Positions 1 to 12,357 of a DNA stretch of 64,000 nt are shown here, piece by piece. Numbering within the stretch: position 1 is the stretch's first letter; each line of letters opens with the position of its first letter. A program made the position numbers and the translations under genes. Below the pieces are notes generated by a model. It had not been told where the DNA came from, did not search any database, and saw only the letters and a program-made list of their open reading frames with translations. The stretch spans positions 1,736,001 through 1,800,000 of the forward strand of contig LSRY02000009.1 in NCBI GenBank assembly GCA_001643675.2, read 5' to 3'. Origin of the DNA: Monocercomonoides exilis PA203 (lineage: Eukaryota; Protista; Preaxostyla).

Positions 1-249
1 ACGTCGAACGCTAAACACGAAGGGAGTCTCATCGAGACTGAAAACGATGCCACAACCAGGCGAAGGAGATGAAAAGATGAAGTGTCATGTTTCATATGTC
101 CATGCAAACAAAATACGTTAAAAAAGAAGAAAAAGAAGACAGTTCTGCAACCATTACGAACTTTCCTCCCTTATCAGAAATCAGAATAACTTAAAAGTTT
201 AATAATATTTCTCAGGAGAACCCTCATCCAACAAACCAAAAGAAAACAT

Positions 250-2250
250 CCGCACTCCAGATGCAAATCAAGTGTCATTTTATCATCTCCTTATTTGCAA
301 GATTTTCATCCACAGACTTCAATCAGTCAAGTGGATCAGATGGACGAAACAGATAAAGAGGAAATCCCTTCTCAGACCTCCTGCTTCCTGCCGAACAAAG
401 CTTTCCAAACATCATCATTTCTCGGCTGATCTTTCTCCCATTTCACCGTCACCGCAAAGCCTTGCAATTCGTTCATTGTCAAACCATTCCCCACCATTCA
501 ACAAATTTCCATATGTTTCCCCATCCCAATCTCACTTTTCATTGAAGTTGTCCTCAAACATGCATCAACCCCTTCTTCTGTTGTTTCTGTTGCTCCATCT
601 TATCTTTTTCCGTATTCCATAAAGACAATACAGGTGACCAGAGTGAGGGAAGAATCCAGATGCTTTATTTAAAAACTCTTCGAGTGAATTGCAGCCTCTG
701 GCTTCGCCTCCACAGGCACCAGACTCTCCTACCCAATCCCCTTCTCAATCATCTGCTCTATCACTTCTTTCCGCTCCCAAGAAACTCTTTCGTTCTTTCT
801 GCAAACTCTCCTCTCATTCTTGGATAACAAAATTTCCTGTTGCTTTTTCCTCTCCTTTCTCCTTTTCATTTCTTTTGTTCAGTTTGACAAACTCCAAAGC
901 TGCTGATGAGAATCTTCATTAACCGGTTTTGCTCCCTTACGCCATCGAACACCTTCACATCAGTCTCTAACATCTTCAACAAAGCCAGCCTTTCCCAAGC
1001 CCCCTTATCTTCCAACATCACTCCCACGATCATCAAGATCAGTGATAGTTGAACCACTTGCGCATCCGATGTCAGCATTGATGGGTCAAGTCAATTTTTG
1101 TTCAGTCGAAGCCCATTCTCATTCAAATATTAAAGCAAATGTTCGCTGGCTTCTGACTTTGAATCTTTTCGCAACGGGAATTCCAATACTCGTGAAGAAA
1201 GTTTTGTGAATGAACGCATTGCAAGAAGCCCACTTTCCTTTTGCGGTAATGCGCTTTTGTCATGCACATACAATCAAATCACAATTTATCAACAATAAGT
1301 TTGATAAACAAATGGAAACAGAAAAGGTTTGAAGTGACAAAGGCAGCTTCAAGGTCAGTGACACAATAATCCATAGGCAGCTCTCGAAATTGGCTTTGTC
1401 CACTTTGGACGCATCTAAAGGAAGAAATGCAAAGACCAATTATAATAATTATTGCAACAACGATGACTGTTCATCCCATTAACTTCTCCACAGCCGAAAC
1501 ACCTGAGAAGAGCAAAGTGCAAAGATAACACAATTGGACTTCTTCAGCAAAAAGTCACTTTTTGAAAATAACCTTCAATCTTGTGGTGACTTTGTCTGAA
1601 GCAAAAAAACAAACATCCGTATTAACAACAGAAAGGTTGTCTATATGAAAAAGTTTAAAGCATTCGAGCTACAGGATAGGAAGGTTATTGATTTTCTTCA
1701 TAAGATGAGTGACAATAAGTGAAAGAACAAGAAGATTGAGATTCTGAAGATGATAAAAGAATTTTCTTTCTGATCCAACAAAAAATGAAGGGAAAGAAAG
1801 GTAATAAAAAATGATCTATTTGGAATCAGTGAATGCTGCAATTGTTGTTATCTGCTCATTCCATTGGAAAAATGACAAATACACAGCTTCCTTCAGTCAC
1901 TTTGCTGAGCTTCAAAGAAAATATTTAGGATTGCCATATTAACCTCGGAATCTGAGGTGCTTCAAGGTTCATTTCCATCCAAAAGAGTTCGTCGCTTGTT
2001 TTTGCAGAATGTTGTTTCCTGCCTTTGTTTTAAAATTGACAACAATACATGTTTCAATTTCTGTATAATGCATCAGCAAGAATATCCATCTCTCATTTCT
2101 TTTTCATTTCGTTCATTTTCTCTGATGGCTACGCAAAACATGTTGAAATTCAAACAGACGAAGCGAATTGAAACGATGATGAAGGAGTTTCACGAAATTA
2201 CAAGGTGTTACTGAAGAAAAAAAAGCCGATGATTTGAAGAAATTGATTTT
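250..2250 (-). pseudogene. Heavily decayed coding remnant(s) of unknown multigene families
   Basis: Only short broken ORFs (e.g. 866-1078). The stretch 1822-1915 is similar to 35198-35290 (ctgca.ttg..gt.atctgctcatt...aaatgacaaatacacagc), which points to a dispersed paralogous relic. Confidence 0.3.
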
Positions 2251-2959
2251 GACAACTGATGGTTTGAAATGGATGATATGGATAGTCACATGTCAAGAAA
2301 TGAAAGGAAAAAAATGAACAAAATAACCTGTTAATAAATATTAGCATTTGATTTTAATTTTGCTTGAATTGAATTATCTGCATGTGAAAAGAATGAATAA
2401 AATGCACACATTATCTCAAGAACTGCCTTCAGTGATTGATGTGAAAAATAAAAAGAGCTTCATCATGCTCAATATTATTAAGATAAAATATTAATGAATT
2501 TCAACTCGATTTTGAAAGATGAGATTTCACTCAGATTCAAAAAGGGTCATTCAACAGAAATCAAATTGTTCACAAAGATTATTGTGGCATTTTTATTTTT
2601 TGTTCAACAAATAAAGAAAAGAAATCCGACGAAAAAAGAAGCATCAATAAAGTGAACATTTTTGTATAAAAAACAATTAATTCAAAATTTTGAGGTAAAA
2701 AGAGCGCTTTTGAAAAAAACAAAAGAAACATTAATATATGGGATAAAATATTTTGCTTTATGAATTTGTATAAAAACAATGAAGTTCAATTATACTCACC
2801 TCAGTCACCATCAAGAATGCGAACAATCACATTTTTTTGAAAATATAATGTATATTTATCAGTCTGTTTTGATATTTTTTTCCAAATGAAAGTTGATATT
2901 TCATGCTTCAATGTGAGCAATGAAGGGCATAAGTGTTCAAATTGATCATGTGAGATTTT

Positions 2960-5317
2960 TTATTTTTTAATTAAAATGCAGAACATTTTAATATTCGAGA
3001 AAATCTTCAATTCAATTTCTTCTCTTCTTGTTGAGAGAAAAACTTGGTTGGAAGCTGTTGCTTTGTAGTCTGGCCTTCGACCGAAGGAGCGGAAATCATA
3101 TGTCTTGGACTCTCTTTTGGCTTGTGCCCTTGTGCGTATAATGAAAATGACCTTTTCTTCTTCTGGTCTGTGCTGTTCACTGTTCAATGTATCTTGGGTT
3201 TCATCGTCCTCTCTTTGAATTTGCAACTTCTTTCCTCTTTTCCTTGTCATCCTGACAGTCTTCGTTTTCACCTCTTCCACCAACTCCTCCACAGAAGCCT
3301 CAACTTCTTCATACTTGGATTCCTCTTCTGAAAGGGTTCCATCAGTGGCTTGTTCTCTTTTTGCTTCCTCTTCATCACTAACTATCGGACTTTCTTCCTT
3401 CCCACAGCCACCAATCTTCTGTTCCTTCATTGTTCCAGCAATTACTCGTGCCATTAACGATGCCAAATTGGTTTTGAAATAGTGCTTAACCAGAGTATTT
3501 GTCTTCGGGGAAAGCCTTGCAAACTTAGCAATCTGTGAAGGCGGGATTCCTGCCATTGTTAACGCCGACAGAGTTACCGATTTGAGAGAATAATGAGTGA
3601 ATTTGCTTGGAATTCCTGCTTCCACCATTGCATCCTTCTCCAACCATCTGATTCCAGAAACAGCGAGAGGCTCAAAGGTATCTGTGTCAAGCAGCAAATA
3701 AGAAGTTCTGCTATTCTTTGTTTGAATAATTTCCCATAACGTCCTGATTGCTGAAGCTGGACAAATAAGTGGGAGATCGGGAAGAAACGGAGCTGCAATC
3801 TCTGACCGTGTGTGTGATGTTTTCAACACTGCGTCCAAATATACACCTTCCTCTTCAAACCGAGAGTTCTCCATGTCCACCCTTTCCAATTCAGTGAACC
3901 TGCAGTTCGAAAAAAGCATTGTTAGAGTGATAACTTTCTTTGTAAGTGCTTTGAAAGTTAGATTGATATTTGGTCTCAGTTCATCATCGTATTCAAGCAG
4001 TGTTTTTGGATTCCATATCTCAGGCGCTGTCTTTTTCCTTGCAGTGTCAGTCTTTCTGAACGACCGGAAAAAAGTTCTTATAATTGGGATCTCTCGCAAT
4101 ACTGTGTTGAATGCGAGCGATAAGAAAAAGGAAACCGCTGCTCTGATCATCTGGAGCACAGACACTTTCACCACTTTATTCTTTAGTGATAAAAACACAT
4201 CTGCACATTTTGCAGTCCAGTCCGGCAAGTTGTCTGGAATTTCTATGTGTCCGCATAATTTCCATTGTTCGGCAAAACGTGCAAATCCGAAAAGGAATCC
4301 ATCCCATGTGGATTGTGCAACTCCTTATCTGCATTGCTCACCAAGCTCCTCTGAAATCTTTCGTTCCTGCAAGGCTTGTTTCCAAAACTGTTGACCTTTT
4401 CTTTTGAGGGATTCAGAAGAATTAGCCTGAGCTTCCCAGGAGGAAGACATGCTCATGTATTCTTCATTGATGGACCTTCCATCAGTTCCTGGAAATTGTA
4501 ATTTGGATCCCAACTGAAGAAGTTGCTGTTGCGCAAAAGAACTTCCCAGTTCTGGCCTCTCCAGTTCGGCAGGAGAAGAACAACTTGTGCTCTCTCCTGC
4601 TGCGATTTCCGAATAACCATCGGAATTAGCGGAATTGGAGGATGAGCAAGAACACATTCCTGACTCCAAGGAACTGCCAGCCCGTCTTCGGCTATGGGGC
4701 TTCCCACACCGCACCATCGTTCCACTTTGTGATTGTGTTCCGATGAAAAGGCATCGAGAGTCGGTCTCACTTTCAACTGTGCAAGTAACTCTTCGAGTGC
4801 TTCGTCCTTTATTTCGTTGTCGCCTGCCCTTTCCAATCGAGACAGCGCATCCGCTCTGTGGTTCTTTCTTCCTGGAAGATTTTGTGCTCTTATAATCAGA
4901 TTCCTCGACTCCGTCCATTTCCATATCTTGCGTTGCACTGGACGAAGATTTTTCCCTGCGCTCCAACGATTTATGTTGAAAACCACTGAGCTGTTGTCCG
5001 ATCGAAGCAACTGATGGGATATTTTGTTTTCTTGAATTGTCTGAAAAAAATGGAGAAGCGCTTTCAAAACAGCTGGTTGTTCTCTGAAGTTGGACGATCG
5101 GCAGCGAGCATAGTTGGGGAACTTGGCGTGCCAATCCATAATGTTGTTGTTCACTCTGAATGTTGCACCCCATGCTGTTTCCGCAGCATCTGTCGTTTTC
5201 ACAGCCTGGGGAATAAACACTGGTTGTGATGGTCTCTGTCGATTCCGGCTCAATATCCATTGCCACTCCTGCATTTCCCTCAACATTGAAGCATTCATCC
5301 TCATTGTCCTGTTCCAT
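2960..5317 (-). pseudogene. Tyrosine recombinase (YR) ORF of the DIRS-like element, split by one TAA at 4325-4327
   Basis: ORFs 4325-5317 and 2960-4228 share a frame. Motifs: LFSNCRFTEL (catalytic R), LKT (K), ICPASAI, HYSLKS (box II), KHY (Tyr). The N-terminal part overlaps the RNaseH/MT frame, as in DIRS1. Confidence 0.85.
2969..3038. repeat. Left inverted terminal repeat of the DIRS-like element
   Basis: Reverse complement tctctcaacaagaagagaagaaattgaattgaagattttctcgaatattaaaatgttctgcattttaatt matches 7230-7298. Confidence 0.9.
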
Positions 5318-6385
5318 GCGTGTGTCTTCACGTTCCTCTGCAGTAGACGATGAAGGGCTGTGAGGTGAAGTGACACATCCTGGTACACGAATCTGACTGC
5401 GCTGAGCTTTCCAATTACTGAGGCAAAATCCTTTATTCGAACTGTTTTGGCTCTAATTGCCTTCACTATCCATTGACTCAACATCTCTTTGAGAGAACCC
5501 AACCTCTCCTCGCTCAATTGAACCTTGAATGTTTCTGAATCCCATGTGAAACCCAAATAAATGAACCTTTTCTTCGGATATATCACACATTTGTCCATGT
5601 TGATTATCAAGCCCAAATTTTCCAAAAAACGAATCACCTTGCTTGTGATTTCTTTCAACACATGGAAATCATGATTCAAGAGAATTAGATCGTCCAAGTT
5701 CGATATCACTCTCACTTTCCATCTTCTTTTGACTTCTGTTGTGACTTTCCTCATCACTTTTGTGAAAGAACCTTGGTGCATCTGTGAAGCCGAATGGCAT
5801 GCCTTTGAAAGCATAATCGCTGCCTTCGAACCTGAACGTTAGATAAGGTCTGATTTCGTTTGAAACAGGAATTAGATAATAAACTTGAGACAAATCCATT
5901 GTCACCGCGAAATCGTTCCTGCTTATCAATTTTTCGACTGTTCTTTCGTTCTCGCATTTGAAATGAGATTTCGTCATTGCTGCGTATAGTATTCTGCAAT
6001 CCAAAATCTGCCTCCAGGCTCTGGACTTCTTCCGAATGAGGAAAATATTGTTCCTGAATTTCACCTCTTTGGGAGGAATTCTGCTCACAATCCCTGTTTC
6101 CAGCTGCTCCTTCAATTCCTTTTGAAAAGCCATCCTTTGTTTCATGCTCATTTGCATTGCTCCGTCCCTGATTTTCATCTTTTCCAAACCTTCTTTTGCA
6201 TTTCGATTGCACCAATGAGTCTGGACCCCATTTTTGATTAATTTTCCTCCATCAATTTTTCTCCATTCCTGAATATAGTCCACTGTCCGACCTCCTATCT
6301 TTCCTGCCTCAAAGGTCTTTCTCATCTGAGCTTGTTCTAATTCTTCTGCCGTCAAGCGGTTCGTCCTGTTGTGTTTTTCTTCCAA
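4453..6385 (-). pseudogene. Reverse transcriptase - RNase H - DNA adenine methylase-like polyprotein, frameshifted near 5770
   Basis: RT: WRQILDCR, MDLSQVYY, GMPFGFTDAPR, SNLDDLIL (YLDD decayed), YLGFTWDS. RNase H: TTDAAETAWG, SNFRE, RSDNSSVV, PGRKNHRADALSR. MT: LDAFSS, DGLAVPW, AHPPIP, LLLPNW. Confidence 0.9.
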
Positions 6386-7191
6386 TAATCTCTCCTTGCT
6401 CCAGTGCTTCGAAACATGGACGGCCGGTGTCTTCCCTGAAAAAACTGTTTTCCTCTGGTAGTTGGTGGCCTCGTGTATATTTTTGAAAGGTACTGCTTTT
6501 TGAAGAAGAATATATATATGCAGGTCCCTGTTGCCTTTTCTGCTCCTTTGAAAGCTCTTCCAAAATCTGTTCCTGACGCTTTGTTAGCAGGCCTCCTGAC
6601 GGTTCGGAGTCCATCTTTTCCGCAGAGCGAAAACCGAATCTTCCTTCGATTCTGCACTTCCTTGCTTCATGAAGCGCTTGGCAAACCATCAGAATTGCGT
6701 CCTTTTATCATCCGTTCGTGGCTCTCTTCCTCGTCACTCTTGATTTGAATAGACATCAGTAACACCTTAAATGAAGGATATTAGAATTTTTCAACTCGTT
6801 CTCCTACTTTATCCAAAGCATCCCTATTCCAAAAAGATGTTCTGCTTGCTGCTGGGGGTGATGTTTGTAACACCGGGCTGAAATCCTGTTCGTTGAAGCA
6901 AGTTGCAATATCTTCCACCATTGCCTTTGGAATTCTGACATCAAACAGAGAGGTTATCGGCTCTTCGCCAAATATTGATTTGAACAAATCATCAACTGTT
7001 CGAGAATCTGCAACTTCGGATGAGATGGGAGAAGGCTGAAGCTCTAATTCGGAACGTGAAAAGATATTTGAAGAAGCTGTTGGGATCTGGGAGCCACTGC
7101 ATTGGGAACTCGTTGGCCAACTGATCTTCATAGCAGAACCAGACGAAAGCGCTAGTCCAGCTTGCAATGGAGTTTGCGGGGTGCTAAACAT
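6309..7191 (-). pseudogene. ORF1 (gag-like) of the DIRS-like element, fragmented
   Basis: Starts 40 bp inside the 5' ITR and precedes and overlaps the RT. Broken into 6781-7191 and 6309-6689. Assignment is by position only. Confidence 0.55.
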
Positions 7192-7229
7192 TTTTGATCA
7201 CGAAAAGTGACATGACCCATAAAGTGGTG

Positions 7230-7298
7230 TCTCTCAACAAGAAGAGAAGAAATTGAATGGAAGTTTTCTTGACAATAAAAATGTTATGCATTTTAATT
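7230..7298. repeat. Right inverted terminal repeat of the DIRS-like element
   Basis: tctctcaacaagaagagaagaaattgaatggaagttttcttgacaataaaaatgttatgcattttaatt; the inner ~29 nt are an exact inverted match to the left end. Confidence 0.9.
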
Positions 7299-7831
7299 CA
7301 TTAAAAATTGCTTCTTTAACAAATGATGAAGATAAATAAGATCGAACTTTTAATTGGAAGATGATAAATATTTTTCATTTCTGAAAAAGATGTCAAATAA
7401 GATGGATGAAAACCTTTCCTTTGAAGAAAATTATCAGAATCAAATTTTCTTTTATCATTTGTGGAAATTTTCAATTGCGTTAATGAAAATAGAAATTAAA
7501 AATGGCCAAAAAAAAGAAAACAACAACAATGATATTAAACAAACCATTTACCGGTTATATTTCGATCCCAATTTAAAATCAAGCAGAAGGACTGTTTGAT
7601 TTTTCTTATTGTCTTCTTTTTTCTTATCTGCCAGTATCTTATTTTATGTATTATGAAAAACAAATGTTTAAATAAGGAGTGAAAATATCAAACTATCTTA
7701 TCGTTTTTCAAGAAAAGTACAATTCATATTACAAAGGGTTCATATTTCCTTTTTTGATCAACTCACGGAGACTCTGACTTGACCTGAAGGTCTTGACCTT
7801 CATTGACGATCTGAAGATCCTTTTTTGCGCA

Positions 7832-10800
7832 CGGTCTGTCCTAAAAAAATGTTGATCTGTCCTATTTTAATGTCGATCATTCCATCAACAATATGTGGCA
7901 AATATTTTTTTTATATATGAAAAAAACAACGTTTTGTTCCTTTCTTTTTCTCTAACCTAATCATTATTATTCTTTCATTTCAATATCAAAAAAATACAGT
8001 GAATTTCTTAAATTGAGAGAAATATTTGTTAGAGAAGAATGGAACAAAATTCAGGAAACCAATAATTTCGTCTCATATTTGAAAAGCCACCCAATATTGA
8101 TTAGTGTTCGGTTTTTTATGTGAGTATTTTTGTGATGAATTTATCATCTGAAGAGTTGTTCATGTCTATAACTTGCACAGAAATTAATTTGAAGCAATGT
8201 TCTACCTGATATGGTTAGTTTTCGTCAACTTTGACAAAAAATTTATTTAGCAATTAGTTTTTTCTATTTTAATCGAATAGCGCATTATGAGACAAATTAA
8301 AGGAAAAATTCCAATAAGAAGTTGATGTGGATGATATTTATATGAAATGAAGATATCAGTTTTGCAAAAAAAAATGAAAATATGAAACTGACCTTTCGCG
8401 CAACTCTACAAAAGAAATGTTCATTAATTATTAATTATTTTTTTTGTTTTCTTTTAATATTTGACGATTAATTTGCAATTTCACATTTTTTATGTGAATA
8501 TCCGTATGCAATATTGTTATAACTGCATTTTTGAAAGAACTTTATTTTGTCGGATCAATGAGTTTATTGTTTTTGTAGACCGTTGATATGTTGAAATTCG
8601 GTAAATGCAGAATATACGCGTTCCTAAAGAAAACACTTCATAATCGATACGAAGAAAGGTGTTGTTATTCTTGATCATTCTATCGTATTTTTTATCTTGC
8701 ACAAATAGCTTGTAGTGTTTTTGTGAATAATTTTTTTTCTAATTTTGAATAAAAAAATGGGTGAAAATATTTTTTTTTTATTTTTTATTTTCTGAAAAGT
8801 GTATGAAATTGTTAAAAAGAATTAATCATCAGACCATTCTGATGCTTCTTCTCCATCATCTGCACCAAAATCATTATCATCATCAGGAGGATCATCCATA
8901 TCAGGGATTTCTTCCTCTTCGTTAGCCTTTTCTGGATCATTTTCGTCTTCCTCAGCAACCATTTCTTCGTTTTCGATGTTCAAATGAACTGCAGATTCAA
9001 CGAGTTGATTAAAAGTCAGTAACCCCATCGAACGAACAATGAAAGATGCTGTATATTGTTGAAGAAATCTTGTTCGGATTCCAAATCTGGTAAGATATTT
9101 CCGAAAATGCGCCCAAAAACCTTCCACTGTGTTAGTGTAAACTGATTTATTTTCCGGATTGACAAAATGTCTCTTATGGCAAACGGTTTTGTGAATAAAA
9201 CCTTCCACATCAAGACAATTATAAGCCTTCCATTCATCGCTGTATATAGTTGTGTGAGGTTAAATGTGCTTTTTGATAGCTGCAAGAAGAGTTTCCTTGT
9301 TCCTGTTTGGAACAACCACCAAAAAAGATCTTTTGAACGTTCTTCAGATCTTTCAACACCACCAAAAATTCAAACTTGCTTTTTCCTTTTTCCTATATTA
9401 TATTTCCTTCTTCTCCGCAACATTTCGTCAATTTCCACCTCCTTCCCCACTCCTCCTATTTTGATTGGATTCTTGAATAGCACATGGGCGATTATTTTCG
9501 AAAACAAATTTTTTCTGCCGAAATTTTTCTGTTTGAATATTTGAAAAGAATATTCATTAATGGACACTGAAAAGTGATAGATTTTTCAATGATTCAGCTT
9601 CTATTTTTTCAAATCAGTCTTTGGCTTTTGAAATGAATGATAAACGTTAAATGTTAAATTGACAACTATTCAGCAAATGATAATGAATTTTCAAAATAAT
9701 AATAACACCGAAAAAAGTTTTGATTTCGAAAATAATCACCCACATCCACACAAACTTCACTGCAAATATTATAATGGAATGAAACGGTGTTTCTATTCAG
9801 ATATAACAAAAAACAAGTTTGCTTAATGCTTAATTCAAGCCAAAACAGTGAAAACACATGCATAATCTTATTTACTGTAGTTTTTGCCTTTGGTAATGTT
9901 GTTCCTTTTAATATGGATGTAGTTTTCAAGCACTTTTTGCACTTTAGAAAATATGAGTTGTCTCTTTCGCGCAAAAATTTTTTCATCTTGCAATCTTTTC
10001 ATTCCCCAGTATCAGGAAGAAGTCTATGCTCGAAAACCAACTTCCAAGTGCGTTCCAAATTTGCAAACAAGTAATTCATGTTAAGATCACATCTTTTGTT
10101 TCTGGTATCTTTGACATTTTCTTTAATAAATTTTTTGATCTCACACATTTTTTGTGAAAAAATTGCCAAAATTAAAAATTCATAATTTATCAACAACTCG
10201 TTTCCGCAAGGTCATGTTTGCACACATGTCATTAACAATTAATAACCAATCATTCATATAAATTTCAAGCGAATTTGAGAGAAACGCGTTTATTTTGCTC
10301 ATGCCTGAAATTCTTTCTATCAACATATATTAATGTTATTTTTAGGATTTTTTCTTCGCTATAAAGTTTTTTGTTTTATGTGTTTGTTTTCATGCGATAA
10401 ACAACTTTTTTATAAAGAATAAAACTTATGAATTGTGTTTATTTATATAAAAAAAGAATTAATCCATAAAACAATGTTCAAACAAATATGCGATCGTCCT
10501 TTTATCAAGAATTTATTTATCGTTTCGTTTTTCTCAATAAAAGCATTTGATAAAAAAAAAAATCACAAGAAATCAATTGTATTAATAAAATCTGATGCGA
10601 AAATAATTGATTTGTTCGAATAAAAGGATGCCGATATGAATCAAAAATATAAACAACAATATTTTCTCAGTTCATTTCAATAAACTTTCTTTAAGTCAAA
10701 CAAAAACAAAAACTGCTTCAGAAACAAAATTTTCGATCCGACAAAGTATGAATTTTTCAAAGGCATTCTCTTGTAAGGAATCAATCGAGTGAAATTAATA

Positions 10801-11042
10801 ATGCTGAAAATGAAAGTTGAAAAACAATATATGAAGCGGAAAAATTGGTGATATACAAACTATCAACGATGTGGACTATGTCTATACCAAAAAAACACCA
10901 AAAAATCAATGTCACAACTAAAAGAAGGAATTTCAATTAACAGTTGAGCTTGAAAATGAAAACTAAAGCACTATTTGTTCTAAATTAGCATGGTTTGATC
11001 GACATTAAAAAAGGACAGATCAACATTTTTTGGGACAGACTG
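7832..11042. mobile_element. DNA transposon bounded by ~50 bp TIRs with Tc1/mariner-like C(A/G)GTCTGTCC ends
   Basis: 7832 cggtctgtcctaaaaaaatgttgatctgtcctattttaatgtcgatca versus the reverse complement of 10996-11042, cagtctgtcccaaaaaatgttgatctgtccttttttaatgtcgatca. Flanks are CA and TA. Confidence 0.85.
8822..10148 (-). pseudogene. Merlin / IS1595 (ISXO2-like) DDE transposase pseudogene
   Basis: N-terminal Zn ribbon (CKDC...CKKC, SILKGT), then KIGGVGKEVEIDE, RRKYNIG, IFGGVER, VPNRNKETL, TIYSDEWKAY, HKTVCHKRHFV, TNTVEGFW, and an acidic tail. Contains stops and frameshifts; probable intron around 9500-9740. Confidence 0.9.
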
Positions 11043-11258
11043 TATTTGTCATTAACCCATTGAAATTAAAAAATTTTTAATATTTCCAAAGAATAATAAA
11101 ACAATATTCGTTTGAAATTCTTTTAATGCAAAAAATAATATCAATTGAAATAGAAAATGCTAATTATCCTTTCAAAATAAAAATCAATTTCAGAAAATAA
11201 TAAAAATATTTATCGAGAAGTTCAAATTTTTGTTGAGTCAATCAGAATTGATAATTTC

Positions 11259-11520
11259 CATGTGGGACAAAATATTCGACTTTTAGCATTTTCATTGAAA
11301 AATTATTCACTTTTTATTGACTTTTTTTGATCAAAAAACATGAAAAAATAGTTTTATTTTTTGACATTTACAAAATGTTGGAATTCCTTGAGTTTTAATT
11401 TCAAAGGTGCCTATTTACGGATATGAAAATGAAATCTATTTCCAAATAGATGAAATGTGAAATATATGAAAAATTTTGAAATAATAAAGTTATTTCGAAA
11501 TAACCCACTAATTTCGAGTT
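11259..11520 (+). repeat. Transposon-end-like dispersed repeat (diverged)
   Basis: catgtgggacaaaatattcgactt...tagatgaaatgtgaaata...gttatttcgaaataacccactaatttc resembles the reverse complement of 14270-14449. Confidence 0.45.
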
Positions 11521-12357
11521 TTTCAATGGTTTTTTGAGTTTTTCTAATTCTTTTGAAAAAAAGTCAGTCTTATTGAGAATACACAAAAAAAGTTTTGTTA
11601 TTTTTTCTGTCTTGTTGCAATTTATTGATATTCTCTTTCTTGTTTGTTTTATTTCATCGTTATTTGGACTGTGATACAAAAACTTAACAATTGATCTTCT
11701 ATTTCACCATAACAAATTATTTTTTGATTAACTTGTCATTTCTATCGTTAAGCTGTGTATCAAAAGAAATACACATGATATACATGTTTCATTTTTTCGA
11801 AATTTCATTCGAGACCATGAAATTAAAAACTGTTAACCCGTTTATTGGAGAGAATTTGCCTTCTTTTTAATATTCTTTATTTCAACATCAGTCCTTTGAA
11901 TAACTACATAAATTTAAATATGTGATCAATATAAAAACATCGTTATGCTTTATTAATAAACTTTTCATTTCATGATTGCATATTTTCTGAGAGTATTTTT
12001 GACATTTATTCTTTCAAATATTTTACTTATATACACCGTGTTAATAAAATTTAAAGTAATATTGATTTCATTATGATTTGTTATTCTATATAAAAAAGAA
12101 TTGTTGAAGATCATTAATAAATTTCACAATAAAGTCATATTTTTTATTATTGATGTTGTACCATCAGATATCTTTTTTCTGTTAAATTTTATAAAAAAAA
12201 TTAAACAAAATTTATCTGCTCCATGCTAAAACAAAAAATTTTCGAGTTTATCAGTTGAGACTTTTACAGTTTAAAGTTGATTAATTGAGTTTCTTCAAAA
12301 CAGAAAAAAAAGTTTTTTTTTGTGGTCTATTTATTTCTCCATTCAAATCAAATAACA

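Larger units (their letters stand above)
2969..7298 (-). mobile_element. DIRS-like tyrosine-recombinase retrotransposon, near full length, degenerate
   Basis: Order on the minus strand is gag-like ORF, RT, RNase H, Dam-like MT, YR, with overlapping frames. Bounded by ~70 bp imperfect inverted repeats. Confidence 0.92.

Noticed and set aside
2960-4228. Prophage integrase or bacterial contamination
   Set aside because: The YR is embedded in a DIRS retroelement, and the flanks carry spliceosomal introns and eukaryotic repeats.
5760-5780. Programmed ribosomal frameshift within the RT
   Set aside because: It falls in the middle of the conserved RT core and accompanies other lesions (NLDD, stops), so a simple indel is more likely.
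4453-6385. Retron, DGR or group II intron RT driving variation in the five-gene family
   Set aside because: The RT is DIRS-type with RNase H and YR. No template/variable repeat pair with adenine-specific mismatches was seen, and paralogue differences involve all four bases.
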